In this document: positions 38,901-53,391 of the stretch, in pieces
Position numbering within the stretch: position 1 is the first letter of the stretch
How the letters are laid out: the number at the start of each line of letters is the position of its first letter
Assembly (NCBI RefSeq): GCF_009914755.1
Contig: NC_060942.1
Reading direction: 5' to 3' (one strand)
Origin: the human T2T-CHM13v2.0 reference genome, Homo sapiens
DNA: 64,000 nt
Made by a program: the position numbers and the translations under genes
The notes under the pieces: model-generated
The model's database searches: none
Told to the model about the DNA's origin: nothing
Seen by the model: only the letters and a program-made list of their open reading frames with translations

Positions 38901-41900
38901 GGCTATTTGGCTAGATTTGAGGATTTCGTTGGAAACGGGATTACATATAAAAAGCAGACAGCAGCATTCTCAGAAACTTCTTTGTGATGATTGCATTCAA
39001 GTCACAGTATTGAACATTCCCTTTCACAGAGCAGGTTTGAAACACTCTTTGTATAGTGTGTGTAAGTGGACATTTGGAGCACTTTCCGGCCTAAGGTGAA
39101 AAAGGAAATATCTTCCCATAAAAACTAGACAGAAGCATTCTCAGAAACTTACTCGTGATGTGTGTCCTCAACTAAAGAAGTAGAACCTTTCTTTTCATAG
39201 ATAAGTTTTGAAACGCTCTTTTTGTGGAATCTGCAAGTGGATATTTGGCTAGTTTTGAGGATTTCGTTGGAAGCGGGAATTCATACAAATTGCAGACTGC
39301 AGCGTTCTGAGAAACATCTTTGTGATGTTTGTATTCAGGACACAGAGTTGAACATTCCCTATCATAGAGCAGGTTGGAATCACTCCTTTTGTAGTATCTG
39401 GAAGTGGACATTTGGAGCGCTTTCAGGCCTATGTTGAAAAAGGAAATATCTTCCCATAACAACTAGACACAAGCATTCTCAGAAACTTGTTTGTGATGTG
39501 TGCCCTCTACTGACAGAGTTGAACCTTTCTTTTCATAGAGCAGTTTTGAAACACTCTTTTTGTAGAATCTGCAAGAGGATATTTGCATAGCTTTGAGGAT
39601 TTCGTGGGAAACGGGATTGTCTTCAGGTAAAATCTAGACAGAAGCATTCTCAGAAACTTCTTTGGGATGTTTGCATTCAAGTCACAGAGTAGAACATTCC
39701 CTTTGGTAGAGCAGGTTTGAAACACTCTTTTTGTAGTATCTGGAAGTGGACATTTGGAGCGCTTTCAGGCCTATGTTGGAAAGGGAAATATCTTCCCGTA
39801 ACAACTAGGCAGAAGCATTCTCAGAAACTTATTTGAGATGTGTGTACTCAACTAAGAGAATTGAACCACCGTTTTGAAGGAGCAGTTTTGAAACACTCTT
39901 TTTCTGGAATCTGCAAGAGGATATTTGCCTAGCCTTGAGGATTTCGTTGGAAACGGGATTGTCTTCAGATCAAATCTAGACAGAAGCATTCTCAGAAACT
40001 TCTTTGGGATGTTTGCATTCAAGTCACAGAGTAGAACATTCCCTTTGGTAGAGCAGGTTTGAAACACTCTTTTTTTAGTATATGGAAGTGGACATTTGGA
40101 GCGCTTTCAGGCCTACGTTGGAAAAGGAAATATCTTCCCATAACAACTAGACAGAAGCATTCTCAGAAACTAGTTTCTGATGTGTGTCCTCAACTAACAC
40201 AGTTGAACATTTCTTTAGACAGAACAGTTTTGAAACACTCTTTTTGTGGTATCTGCAAGTGGCTATTTGGCTAGATTTGAGGATTTCGTTGGAAACGGGA
40301 TTACATATAAAAAGCAGACAGCAGCATTCTCAGAAACTTCTTTGTGATGATTGCATTCAAGTCACAGTATTGAACATTCCCTTTCACAGAGCAGGTTTGA
40401 AACACTCTTTGTATAGTGTGTGTAAGTGGACATTTGGAGCACTTTCCGGCCTAAGGTGAAAAAGGAAATATCTTCCCATAAAAACTAGACAGAAGCATTC
40501 TCAGAAACTTACTCGTGATGTGTGTCCTCAACTAAAGAAGTAGAACCTTTCTTTTCATAGATAAGTTTTGAAACGCTCTTTTTGTGGAATCTGCAAGTGG
40601 ATATTTGGCTAGTTTTGAGGATTTCGTTGGAAGCGGGAATTCATACAAATTGCAGACTGCAGCGTTCTGAGAAACATCTTTGTGATGTTTGTATTCAGGA
40701 CAGAGAGTTGAACATTCCCTATCATAGAGCAGGTTGGAATCACTCCTTTTGTAGTATCTGGAAGTGGACATTTGGAGCGCTTTCAGGCCTATCTTGAAAA
40801 AGGAAATATCTTCCCATAACAACTAGACACAAGCATTCTCAGAAACTTGTTTGTGATGTGTGCCCTCTACTGACAGAGTTGAACCTTTCTTTTCATAGAG
40901 CAGTTTTGAAACACTCTTTTTGTAGAATCTGCAAGAGGATATTTGCATAGCTTTGAGGATTTCGTGGGAAACGGGATTGTCTTCAGGTAAAATCTAGACA
41001 GAAGCATTCTCAGAAACTTCTTTGGGATGTTTGCATTCAAATCACAGAGTAGAACATTCCCTTTGGTAGAGCAGGTTTGAAACACTCTTTTTGTAGTATC
41101 TGGAAGTGGACATTTGGAGCGCTTTCAGGCCTATGTTGGAAAGGGAAATATCTTCCCGTAACAACTAGGCAGAAGCATTCTCAGAAACTTATTTGAGATG
41201 TGTGTACTCAACTAAGAGAATTGAACCACCTTTTTGAAGGAGCAGTTTTGAAACACTCTTTTTCTGGAATCTGCAAGAGGATATTTGCCTAGCCTTGAGG
41301 ATTTCGTTGGAAACGGGATTGTCTTCAGATCAAATCTAGACAGAAGCATTCTCAGAAACTTCTTTGGGATGTTTGCATTCAAGTCACAGAGTAGAACATT
41401 CCCTTTGGTAGAGCAGGTTTGAAACACTCTTTTTTTAGTATATGGAAGTGGACATTTGGAGCGCTTTCAGGCCTACGTTGGAAAAGGAAATATCTTCCCA
41501 TAACAACTAGACAGAAGCATTCTCAGAAACTAGTTTCTGATGTGTGTCCTCAACTAACACAGTTGAACATTTCTTTAGACAGAACAGTTTTGAAACTCTC
41601 TTTTTGTGGAATCTGCAAGTGGCTATTTGGCTAGATTTGAGGATTTCGTTGGAAACGGGATTACATATAAAAAGCAGACAGCAGCATTCTCAGAAAGTTC
41701 TTTGTGATGATTGCATTCAAGTCACAGAATTGAACATTCCCTTTCACAGAGCAGGTTTGAAACACTCTTTTTATAGTGTGTGTAAGTGGACATTTGGAGC
41801 ACTTTCCGGCCTAAGGTGAAAAAGGAAATATCTTCCCATAAAAACTAGACAGAAGCATTCTCAGAAACTTACTCGTGATGTGTGTCCTCAACTAAAGGAG

Positions 41901-44900
41901 TAGAACCTTTCTTTTCATAGAGAAGTTTTGAAACGCTCTTTTTGTGGAATCTGCAAGTGGATATTTGGCTAGTTTGGAGGATTTCGTTGGAAGCGGGAAT
42001 TCATACAAATTGCAGACTGCAGCGTTCTGAGAAACACCTTTGTGATGTTTGTATTCAGGACACAGAGTTGAACATTCCCTATCATAGAGCAGGTTTGAAT
42101 CACTCCTTTTGTAGTATCTGGAAGTGGACATTTGGAGCGCTTTCAGGCCTATGTTGGAAAAGGAAATATCTTCCCATAACAACTAGACAGAAGCATTCTC
42201 AGAAACTTATTTGAGATGTGTGTACTCAACTAAGAGAATTGAACCACCGTTTTGAAGGAGCAGTTTTGAAACACTCTTTTTCTGGAATCTGCAAGTGGAT
42301 ATTTGGCTAGCTTTGGGGATTTCGCTGGAAGCGGGAATACATATAAAAAGCACACAGCAGCGTTCTGAGAAACTGCTTTCTGATGTTTGCATTCAAGTCA
42401 AAAGTTGAACACTCCCTTTCATAGAGCAGTCCTGAAACACTCCTTTTGTAGTATCTGGAACTGGACTTTTGGAGCGCTTTCAGGGCTAAGGTGAAAAAGG
42501 AAATATCTTCCCATAAAATCTGGACAGAAGCATTCTCAGAAACTTGTTTATGCTGTATCTACTCTACTAAAAAAGTTGAACCTTTCTTTTGATAGAGCAG
42601 TTTTGAAATGCTCTTTTTGTGGAATCTGCAATTGGATATTTGGCTAGATTTGAGGATTTCGTTGGAAGCTGGAATACATACAAATTGCAGACTGCAGCGT
42701 TCTGAGAAACATCTTTGTGATGTTTGTATTCAGGACACAGAGTTGAACATTCCCTATCATAGAGCAGGTTGGAATCACTCCTTTTGTAGTATCTGGAAGT
42801 GGACATTTGGAGCGCTTTCTGGCCTATGTTGAAAAAGGAAATATCTTCCCATAACAACTAGACACAAGCATTCTCAGAAACTTGTTTGTGATGTGTGCCC
42901 TCTACTGACAGAGTTGAACCTTTCTTTTCATAGAGCAGTTTTGAAACACTCTTTTTGTAGAATCTGCAAGAGGATATTTGCATAGCTTTGAGGATTTCGT
43001 GGGAAACGGGATTGTCTTCAGGTAAAATCTAGACAGAAGCATTCTCAGAAACTTCTTTGGGATGTTTGCATTCAAGTCACAGAGTAGAACATTCCCTTTG
43101 GTAGAGCAGGTTTGAAACACTCTTTTTTTAGTATATGGAAGTGGACATTTGGAGCGCTTTCAGGCCTACGTTGGAAAAGGAAATATCTTCCCATAACAAC
43201 TAGACAGAAGCATTCTCAGAAACTAGTTTCTGATGTGTGTCCTCAACTAACACAGTTGAACATTTCTTTAGACAGAACAGTTTTGAAACACTCTTTTTGT
43301 GGTATCTGCAAGTGGCTATTTGGCTAGATTTGAGGATTTCGTTGGAAACGGGATTCCATATAAAAAGCAGACAGCAGCATTCTCAGAAACTTCTTTGTGA
43401 TGATTGCATTCAAGTCACAGTATTGAACATTCCCTTTCACAGCGCAGGTTTGAAACACTCTTTGTATAGTGTGTGTAAGTGGACATTTGGAGCACTTTCC
43501 GGCCTAAGGTGAAAAAGGAAATATCTCTCCATAAAAACTAGACAGAAGCATTCTCAGGAACTTACTCGTGATGTGTGTCCTCAACTAAAGAAGTAGAACC
43601 TTTCTTTTCATAGATAAGTTTTGAAACGCTCTTTTTGTGGAATCTGCAAGTGGATGTTTGGCTAGTTTTGAGGATTTCGTTGGAAGCGGGAATTCATACA
43701 AATTGCAGACTGCAGCGTTCTGAGAAACATCTTTGTGATGTTTGTATTCAGGACACAGAGTTGAACATTCCCTATCATAGAGCAGGTTGGAATCACTCCT
43801 TTTGTAGTATCTGGAAGTGGACATTTGGAGCGCTTTCAGGCCTATGTTGAAAAAGGAAATATCTTCCCATAACAACTAGACACAAGCATTCTCAGAAACT
43901 TGTTTGTGATGTGTGCCCTCTACTGACAGAGTTGAACCTTTCTTTTCATAGAGCAGTTTTGAAACACTCTTTTTGTAGAATCTGCAAGAGGATATTTGCA
44001 TAGCTTTGAGGATTTCGTGGGAAACGGGATTGTCTTCAGGTAAAATCTAGACAGAAGCATTCTCAGAAACTTCTTTGGGATGTTTGCATTCAAGTCACAG
44101 AGTAGAACATTCCCTTTGGTAGAGCAGGTTTGAAACACTCTTTTTGTAGTATCTGGAAGTGGACATTTGGAGCGCTTTCAGGCCTATGTTGGAAAGGGAA
44201 ATATCTTCCCGTAACAACTAGGCAGAAGCATTCTCAGAAACTTATTTGAGATGTGTGTACTCAACTAAGAGAATTGAACCACCGTTTTGAAGGAGCAGTT
44301 TTGAAACACTCTTTTTCTGGAATCTGCAAGAGGATATTTGCCTAGCCTTGAGGATTTCGTTGGAAACGGGATTGTCTTCAGATCAAATCTAGACAGAAGC
44401 ATTCTCAGAAACTTCTTTGGGATGTTTGCATTCAAGTCACAGAGTAGAACATTCCCTTTGGTAGAGCAGGTTTGAAACACTCTTTTTTTAGTATATGGAA
44501 GTGGACATTTGGAGCGCTTTCAGGCCTACGTTGGAAAAGGAAATATCTTCCCATAACAACTAGACAGAAGCATTCTCAGAAACTAGTTTCTGATGTGTGT
44601 CCTCAACTAACACAGTTGAACATTTCTTTAGACAGAACAGTTTTGAAACACTCTTTTTGTGGAATCTGCAAGTGGCTATTTGGCTAGATTTGAGGATTTC
44701 GTTGGAAACGGGATTACATATAAAAAGCAGACAGCAGCATTCTCAGAAAGTTCTTTGTGATGATTGCATTCAAGTCACAGAATTGAACATTCCCTTTCAC
44801 AGAGCAGGTTTGAAACACTCTTTTTGTAGTGTGTGTAAGTGGACATTTGGAGCACTTTCCGGCCTAAGGTGAAAAAGGGAATATCTTCCCATAAAAACTA

Positions 44901-47900
44901 GACAGAAGCATTCTCAGAAACTTACTCGTGATGTGTGTCCTCAACTAAAGGAGTAGAACCTTTGTTTTCATAGAGAAGTTTTGAAACGCTCTTTTTGTGG
45001 AATCTGCAAGTGGATATTTGGCTAGTTTTGAGGATTTCGTTGGAAGCGGGAATTCATACAAATTGCAGACTGCAGCGTTCTGAGAAACATCTTTGTGATG
45101 TTTGTATTCAGGACACAGAGTTGAACATTCCCTATCATAGAGCAGGTTGGAATCACTCCTTTTGTGGTATCTGGAAGTGGACATTTGGAGCGCTTTCAGG
45201 CCTATGTTGGAAAAGGAAATATCTTCCCATAACAACTAGACAGAAGCATTCTCAGAAACTTATTTGAGATGTGTTTACTCAACTAAGAGAATTGAACCAC
45301 CGTTTTGAAGGAGCAGTTTTGAAACACCCTTTTTCTGGAATCTGCAAGTGGATATTTGGCTAGCTTTGGGGATTTCGCTGGAAGCGGGAATACATATAAA
45401 AAGCACACAGCAGCGTTCTGAGAAACTGCTTTCTGATGTTTGCATTCAAGTCAAAAGTTGAACACTCCCTTTCATAGAGCAGTCCTGAAACACTCCTTTT
45501 GTAGTATCTGGAACTGGACTTTTGGAGCGCTTTCAGGGCTAAGGTGAAAAAGGAAATATCTTCCCATAAAAACTGGACAGAAGCATTCTCAGAAACTTGT
45601 TTATGCTGTATCTACTCTACTAAAAAAGTTGAACTTTTCTTTTGATAGAGCAGTTTTGAAATGCTCTTTTTGTGGAATCTGCAAGTGGATATTTGGCTAG
45701 ATTTGAGGATTTCGTTGGAAGCTGGAATACATACAAATTGCAGACTGCAGCGTTCTGAGAAACATCTTTGTGATGTTTGTATTCAGGACACAGAGTTGAA
45801 CATTCCCTATCATAGAGCAGGTTGGAATCACTCCTTTTGTAGTATCTGGAAGTGGACATTTGGAGCGCTTTCAGGCCTATGTTGAAAAAGGAAATATCTT
45901 CCCATAACAACTAGACACAAGCATTCTCAGAAACTTGTTTGTGATGTGTGCCCTCTACTGACAGAGTTGAACCTTTCTTTTCATAGAGCAGTTTTGAAAC
46001 ACTCTTTTTGTAGAATCTGCAAGAGGATATTTGCATAGCTTTGAGGATTTCGTGGGAAACGGGATTGTCTTCAGGTAAAATCTAGACAGAAGCATTCTCA
46101 GAAACTTCTTTGGGATGTTTGCATTCAAGTCACAGAGTAGAACATTCCCTTTGGTAGAGCAGGTTTGAAACACTCTTTTTGTAGTATATGGAAGTGGACA
46201 TTTGGAGCGCTTTCAGGCCTACGTTGGAAAAGGAAATATCTTCCCATAACAACTAGACAGAAGCATTCTCAGAAACTAGTTTCTGATGTGTGTCCTCAAC
46301 TAACACAGTTGAACATTTCTTTAGACAGAACAGTTTTGAAACACTCTTTTTGTGGTATCTGCAAGTGGCTATTTGGCTAGATTTGAGGATTTCGTTGGAA
46401 ACGGGATTACATATAAAAAGCAGACAGCAGCATTCTCAGAAACTTCTTTGTGATGATTGCATTCAAGTCACAGTATTGAACATTCCCTTTCACAGAGCAG
46501 GTTTGAAACACTCTTTGTATAGTGTGTGTAAGTGGACATTTGGAGCACTTTCCGGCCTAAGGTGAAAAAGGAAATATCTTCCCATAAAAACTAGACAGAA
46601 GCATTCTCAGAAACTTACTCGTGATGTGTGTCCTCAACTAAAGAAGTAGAACCTTTCTTTTCATAGATAAGTTTTGAAACGCTCTTTTTGTGGAATCTGC
46701 AAGTGGATATTTGGCTAGTTTTGAGGATTTCGTTGGAAGCGGGAATTCATACAAATTGCAGACTGCAGCGTTCTGAGAAACATCTTTGTGATGTTTGTAT
46801 TCAGGACACAGAGTTGAACATTCCCTATCATAGAGCAGGTTGGAATCACTCCTTTTGTAGTATCTGGAAGTGGACATTTGGAGCGCTTTCAGGCCTATGT
46901 TGAAAAAGGAAATATCTTCCCATAACAACTAGACACAAGCATTCTCAGAAACTTGTTTGTGATGTGTGCCCTCTACTGACAGAGTTGAACCTTTCTTTTC
47001 ATAGAGCAGTTTTGAAACACTCTTTTTGTAGAATCTGCAAGAGGATATTTGCATAGCTTTGAGGATTTCGTGGGAAACGGGATTGTCTTCAGGTAAAATC
47101 TAGACAGAAGCATTCTCAGAAACTTCTTTGGGATGTTTGCATTCAAGTCACAGAGTAGAACATTCCCTTTGGTAGAGCAGGTTTGAAACACTCTTTTTGT
47201 AGTATCTGGAAGTGGACATTTGGAGCGCTTTCAGGCCTATGTTGGAAAGGGAAATATCTTCCCGTAACAACTAGGCAGAAGCATTCTCAGAAACTTATTT
47301 GAGATGTGTGTACTCAACTAAGAGAATTGAACCACCGTTTTGAAGGAGCAGTTTTGAAACACTCTTTTTCTGCAATCTGCAAGAGGATATTTGCCTAGCC
47401 TTGAGGATTTCGTTGGAAACGGGATTGTCTTCAGATCAAATCTAGACAGAAGCATTCTCAGAAACTTCTTTGGGATGTTTGCATTCAAGTCACAGAGTAG
47501 AACATTCCCTTTGGTAGAGCAGGTTTGAAACACTCTTTTTTTAGTATATGGAAGTGGACATTTGGAGCGCTTTCAGGCCTACGTTGGAAAAGGAAATATC
47601 TTCCCATAACAACTAGACAGAAGCATTCTCAGAAACTAGTTTCTGATGTGTGTCCTCAACTAACACAGTTGAACATTTCTTTAGACAGAACAGTTTTGAA
47701 ACTCTCTTTTTGTGGAATCTGCAAGTGGCTATTTGGCTAGATTTGAGGATTTCGTTGGAAACGGGATTACATATAAAAAGCAGACAGCAGCATTCTCAGA
47801 AAGTTCTTTGTGATGATTGCATTCAAGTCACAGAATTGAACATTCCCTTTCACAGAGCAGGTTTGAAACACTCTTTTTATAGTGTGTGTAAGTGGACATT

Positions 47901-47961
47901 TGGAGCACTTTCCGGCCTAAGGTGAAAAAGGAAATATCTTCCCATAAAAACTAGACAGAAG
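29977..47961 (+). repeat. Domain of alternating 8-mer and 10-mer HORs (order 8,10,8,10,8,10,8,8,10,8,10,8; 3,053-bp 18-mer super-period)
   Basis: Dimer-a starts at 29977, 31337, 33030, 34390, 36083, 37443, 39136, 40496, 41856, 43549, 44909, 46602 and 47962. No 12-mer occurs within 18 kb. Confidence 0.93.
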
Positions 47962-50900
47962 CATTCTCAGAAACTTACTCGTGATGTGTGTCCTCAACTA
48001 AAGGAGTAGAACCTTTGTTTTCATAGAGAAGTTTTGAAACGCTCTTTTTGTGGAATCTGCAAGTGGATATTTGGCTAGTTTGGAGGATTTCGTTGGAAGC
48101 GGGAATTCATACAAATTGCAGACTGCAGCGTTCTGAGAAACATCTTTGTGATGTTTGTATTCAGGACACAGAGTTGAACATTCCCTATCATAGAGCAGGT
48201 TTGAATCACTCCTTTTGTAGTATCTGGAAGTGGACATTTGGAGCGCTTTCAGGCCTATGTTGGAAAAGGAAATATCTTCCCATAACAACTAGACAGAAGC
48301 ATTCTCAGAAACTTATTTGAGATGTGTGTACTCAACTAAGAGAATTGAACCACCGTTTTGAAGGAGCAGTTTTGAAACACTCTTTTTCTGGAATCTGCAA
48401 GTGGATATTTGGCTAGCTTTGGGGATTTCGCTGGAAGCGGGAATACATATAAAAAGCACACAGCAGCGTTCTGAGAAACTGCTTTCTGATGTTTGCATTC
48501 AAGTCAAAAGTTGAACACTCCCTTTCATAGAGCAGTCCTGAAACACTCCTTTTGTAGTATCTGGAACTGGACTTTTGGAGCGCTTTCAGGGCTAAGGTGA
48601 AAAAGGAAATATCTTCCCATAAAAACTGGACAGAAGCATTCTCAGAAACTTGTTCATGCTGTATCTACTCTACTAAAAAAGTTGAACCTTTCTTTTGATA
48701 GAGCAGTTTTGAAATGCTCTTTTTGTGGAATCTGCAAGTGGATATTTGGCTAGATTTGAGGATTTCGTTGGAAGCTGGAATACATACAAATTGCAGACTG
48801 CAGCGTTCTGAGAAACATCTTTGTGATGTTTGTATTCAGGACACAGAGTTGAACATTCCCTATCATAGAGCAGGTTGGAATCACTCCTTTTGTAGTATCT
48901 GGAAGTGGACATTTGGAGCGCTTTCAGGCCTATGTTGAAAAAGGAAATATCTTCCCATAACAACTAGACACAAGCATTCTCAGAAACTTGTTTGTGATGT
49001 GTGCCCTCTACTGACAGAGTTGAACCTTTCTTTTCATAGAGCAGTTTTGAAACACTCTTTTTGTAGAATCTGCAAGAGGATATTTGCATAGCTTTGAGGA
49101 TTTCGTGGGAAACGGGATTGTCTTCAGGTAAAATCTAGACAGAAGCATTCTCAGAAACTTCTTTGGGATGTTTGCATTCAAGTCACAGAGTAGAACATTC
49201 CCTTTGGTAGAGCAGGTTTGAAACACTCTTTTTGTAGTATCTGGAAGTGGACATTTGGAGCGCTTTCAGGCCTATGTTGGAAAGGGAAATATCTTCCCGT
49301 AACAACTAGGCAGAAGCATTCTCAGAAACTTATTTGAGATGTGTGTACTCAACTAAGAGAATTGAACCACCGTTTTGAAGGAGCAGTTTTGAAACACTCT
49401 TTTTCTGGAATCTGCAAGAGGATATTTGCCTAGCCTTGAGGATTTCGTTGGAAACGGGATTGTCTTCAGATCGAATCTAGACAGAAGCATTCTCAGAAAC
49501 TTCTTTGGGATGTTTGCATTCAAGTCACAGAGTAGAACATTCCCTTTGGTAGAGCAGGTTTGAAACACTCTTTTTTTAGTATATGGAATTGGACATTTGG
49601 AGCGCTTTCAGGCCTACGTTGGAAAAGGAAATATCTTCCCATAACAACTAGACAGAAGCATTCTCAGAAACTAGTTTCTGATGTGTGTCCTCAACTAACA
49701 CAGTTGAACATTTCTTTAGACAGAACAGTTTTGAAACACTCTTTTTGTGGTATCTGCAAGTGGCTATTTGGCTAGATTTGAGGATTTCGTTGGAAACGGG
49801 ATTACATATAAAAAGCAGACAGCAGCATACTCAGAAACTTCTTTGTGATGATTGCATTCAAGTCACAGTATTGAATATTCCCTTTCACAGAGCAGGTTTG
49901 AAACACTCTTTGTATAGTGTGTGTAAGTGGACATTTGGAGCACTTTCCGGCCTAAGGTGAAAAAGGAAATATCTTCCCATAAAAACTAGACAGAAGCATT
50001 CTCAGAAACTTACTCGTGATGTGTGTCCTCAACTAAAGAAGTAGAACCTTTCTTTTCATAGATAAGTTTTGAAACGCTCTTTTTGTGGAATCTGCAAGTG
50101 GATATTAGGCTAGTTTTGAGGATTTCGTTGGAAGCGGGAATTCATACAAATTGCAGACTGCAGCGTTCTGAGAAACATCTTTGTGATGTTTGTATTCAGG
50201 ACACAGAGTTGAACATTCCCTATCATAGAGCAGGTTGGAATCACTCCTTTTGTAGTATCTGGAAGTGGACATTTGGAGCGCTTTCAGGCCTATGTTGAAA
50301 AAGGAAATATCTTCCCATAACAACTAGACACAAGCATTCTCAGAAACTTGTTTGTGATGTGTGCCCTCTACTGACAGAGTTGAACCTCTCTTTTCATAGA
50401 GCAGTTTTGAAACACTCTTTTTGTAGAATCTGCAAGAGGATATTTGCATAGCTTTGAGGATTTCGTGGGAAACGGGATTGTCTTCAGGTAAAATCTAGAC
50501 AGAAGCATTCTCAGAAACTTCTTTGGGATGTTTGCATTCAAGTCACAGAGTAGAACATTCCCTTTGGTAGAGCAGGTTTGAAACACTCTTTTTGTAGTAT
50601 CTGGAAGTGGACATTTGGAGCGCTTTCAGGCCTATGTTGGAAAGGGAAATATCTTCCCGTAACAACTAGGCAGAAGCATTCTCAGAAACTTATTTGAGAT
50701 GTGTGTACTCAACTAAGAGAATTGAACCACCGTTTTGAAGGAGCAGTTTTGAAACACTCTTTTTCTGGAATCTGCAAGAGGATATTTGCCTAGCCTTGAG
50801 GATTTCGTAGGAAACGGGATTGTCTTCAGATCAAATCTAGACAGAAGCATTCTCAGAAACTTCTTTGGGATGTTTGCATTCAAGTCACAGAGTAGAACAT

Positions 50901-53391
50901 TCCCTTTGGTAGAGCAGGTTTGAAACACTCTTTTTTTAGTATATGGAAGTGGACATTTGGAGCGCTTTCAGGCCTACGTTGGAAAAGGAAATATCTTCCC
51001 ATAACAACTAGACAGAAGCATTCTCAGAAACTAGTTTCTGATGTGTGTCCTCAACTAACACAGTTGAACATTTCTTTAGACAGAACAGTTTTGAAACTCT
51101 CTTTTTGTGGAATCTGCAAGTGGCTATTTGGCTAGATTTGAGGATTTCGTTGGAAACGGGATTACATATAAAAAGCAGACAGCAGCATTCTCAGAAAGTT
51201 CTTTGTGATGATTGCATTCAAGTCACAGAATTGAACATTCCCTTTCACAGAGCAGGTTTGAAACACTCTTTTTATAGTGTGTGTAAGTGGACATTTGGAG
51301 CACTTTCCGGCCTAAGGTGAAAAAGGAAATATCTTCCCATAAAAACTAGACAGAAGCATTCTCAGAAACTTACTCGTGATGTGTGTCCTCAACTAAAGGA
51401 GTAGAACCTTTGTTTTCATAGAGAAGTTTAGAAACGCTCTTTTTGTGGAATCTGCAAGTGGATATTTGGCTAGTTTGGAGGATTTCGTTGGAAGCGGGAA
51501 TTCATACAAATTGCAGACTGCAGCGTTCTGAGAAACATCTTTGTGATGTTTGTATTCAGGACACAGAGTTGAACATTCCCTATCATAGAGCAGGTTTGAA
51601 TCACTCCTTTTGTAGTATCTGGAAGTGGACATTTGGAGCGCTTTCAGGCCTATGTTGGAAAAGGAAATATCTTCCCATAACAACTAGACAGAAGCATTCT
51701 CAGAAACTTATTTGAGATGTGTGTACTCAACTAAGAGAATTGAACCACCGTTTTGAAGGAGCAGTTTTGAAACACTCTTTTTCTGGAATCTGCAAGTGGA
51801 TATTTGGCTAGCTTTGGGGATTTCGCTGGAAGCGGGAATACATATAAAAAGCACACAGCAGCGTTCTGAGAAACTGCTTTCTGATGTTTGCATTCAAGTC
51901 AAAAGTTGAACACTCCCTTTCATAGAGCAGTCCTGAAACACTCCTTTTGTAGTATCTGGAACTGGACTTTTGGAGCGCTTTCAGGGCTAAGGTGAAAAAG
52001 GAAATATCTTCCCATAAAAACTGGACAGAAGCATTCTCAGAAACTTGTTTATGCTGTATCTACTCAACTAACAAAGTTGAACATTTCTTTTGATAGAGCA
52101 GTTTTGAAATGCTCTTTTTGTGGAATCTGCAAGTGGATATTTGGCTAGTTTTGAGGATTTCATTGGAAGCGGGAATTCATACAAATTGCAGACTGCAGCG
52201 TTCTGAGAAACATCTTTGTGATGTTTGTATTCAGGACAGAGAGTTGAACATTCCCTATCATAGAGCAGGTTGGAATCACTCCTTTTGTAGTATCTGGAAG
52301 TGGACATTTGGAGCGGTTTCAGGCCTATGTTGAAAAAGGAAATATCTTCCCATAACAACTAGACACAAGCATTCTCAGAAACTTGTTTGTGATGTGTGCC
52401 CTCTACTGACAGAGTTGAACCTTTCTTTTCATAGAGCAGTTTTGAAACACTCTTTTTGTAGAATCTGCAAGAGGATATTTGCATAGCTTTGAGGATTACG
52501 TGGGAAACGGGATTGTCTTCAGGTAAAATCTAGACAGAAGCATTCTCAGAAACTTCTTTGGGATGTTTGCATTCAAGTCACAGAGTAGAACATTCCCTTT
52601 GGTAGAGTAGGTTTGAAACACTCTTTTTGTAGTATCTGGAAGTGGACATTTGGAGCGCTTTCAGACCTATGTTGGAAAGGGAAATATCTTCCCGTAACAA
52701 CTAGGCAGAAGCATTCTCAGAAACTTATTTGAGATGTGTGTACTCAACTAAGAGAATTGAACCACCGTTTTGAAGGAGCAGTTTTGAAACACTCTTTTTC
52801 TGGAATCTGCAAGAGGATATTTGCCTAGCCTTGAGGATTTCGTTGGAATCGGGATTGTCTTCAGATCAAATCTAGACAGAAGCATTCTCAGAAACTTCTT
52901 TGGGATGTTTGCATTCAAGTCACAGAGTAGAACATTCCCTTTGGTAGAGCAGGTTTGAAACACTCTTTTTTTAGTATATGGAAGTGGACATTTGGAGCGC
53001 TTTCAGGCCTACGTTGGAAAAGGAAATATCTTCCCATAACAACTAGACAGAAGCATTCTCAGAAACTAGTTTCTGATGTGTGTCCTCAACTAACACAGTT
53101 GAACATTTCTTTAGACAGAACAGTTTTGAAACACTCTTTTTGTGGAATCTGCAAGTGGCTATTTGGCTAGATTTGAGGATTTCGTTGGAAACGGGATTAC
53201 ATATAAAAAGCAGACAGCAGCATTCTCAGAAAGTTCTTTGTGATGATTGCATTCAAGTCACAGAATTGAACATTCCCTTTCACAGAGCAGGTTTGAAACA
53301 CTCTTTTTGTAGTGTGTGTAAGTGGACATTTGGAGCACTTTCCGGCCTAAGGTGAAAAAGGAAATATCTTCCCATAAAAACTAGACAGAAG
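47962..53391 (+). repeat. 12-mer, 8-mer, 12-mer HORs
   Basis: Unit starts 47962, 49997 and 51357; lengths 2035, 1360 and 2035. Confidence 0.92.
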
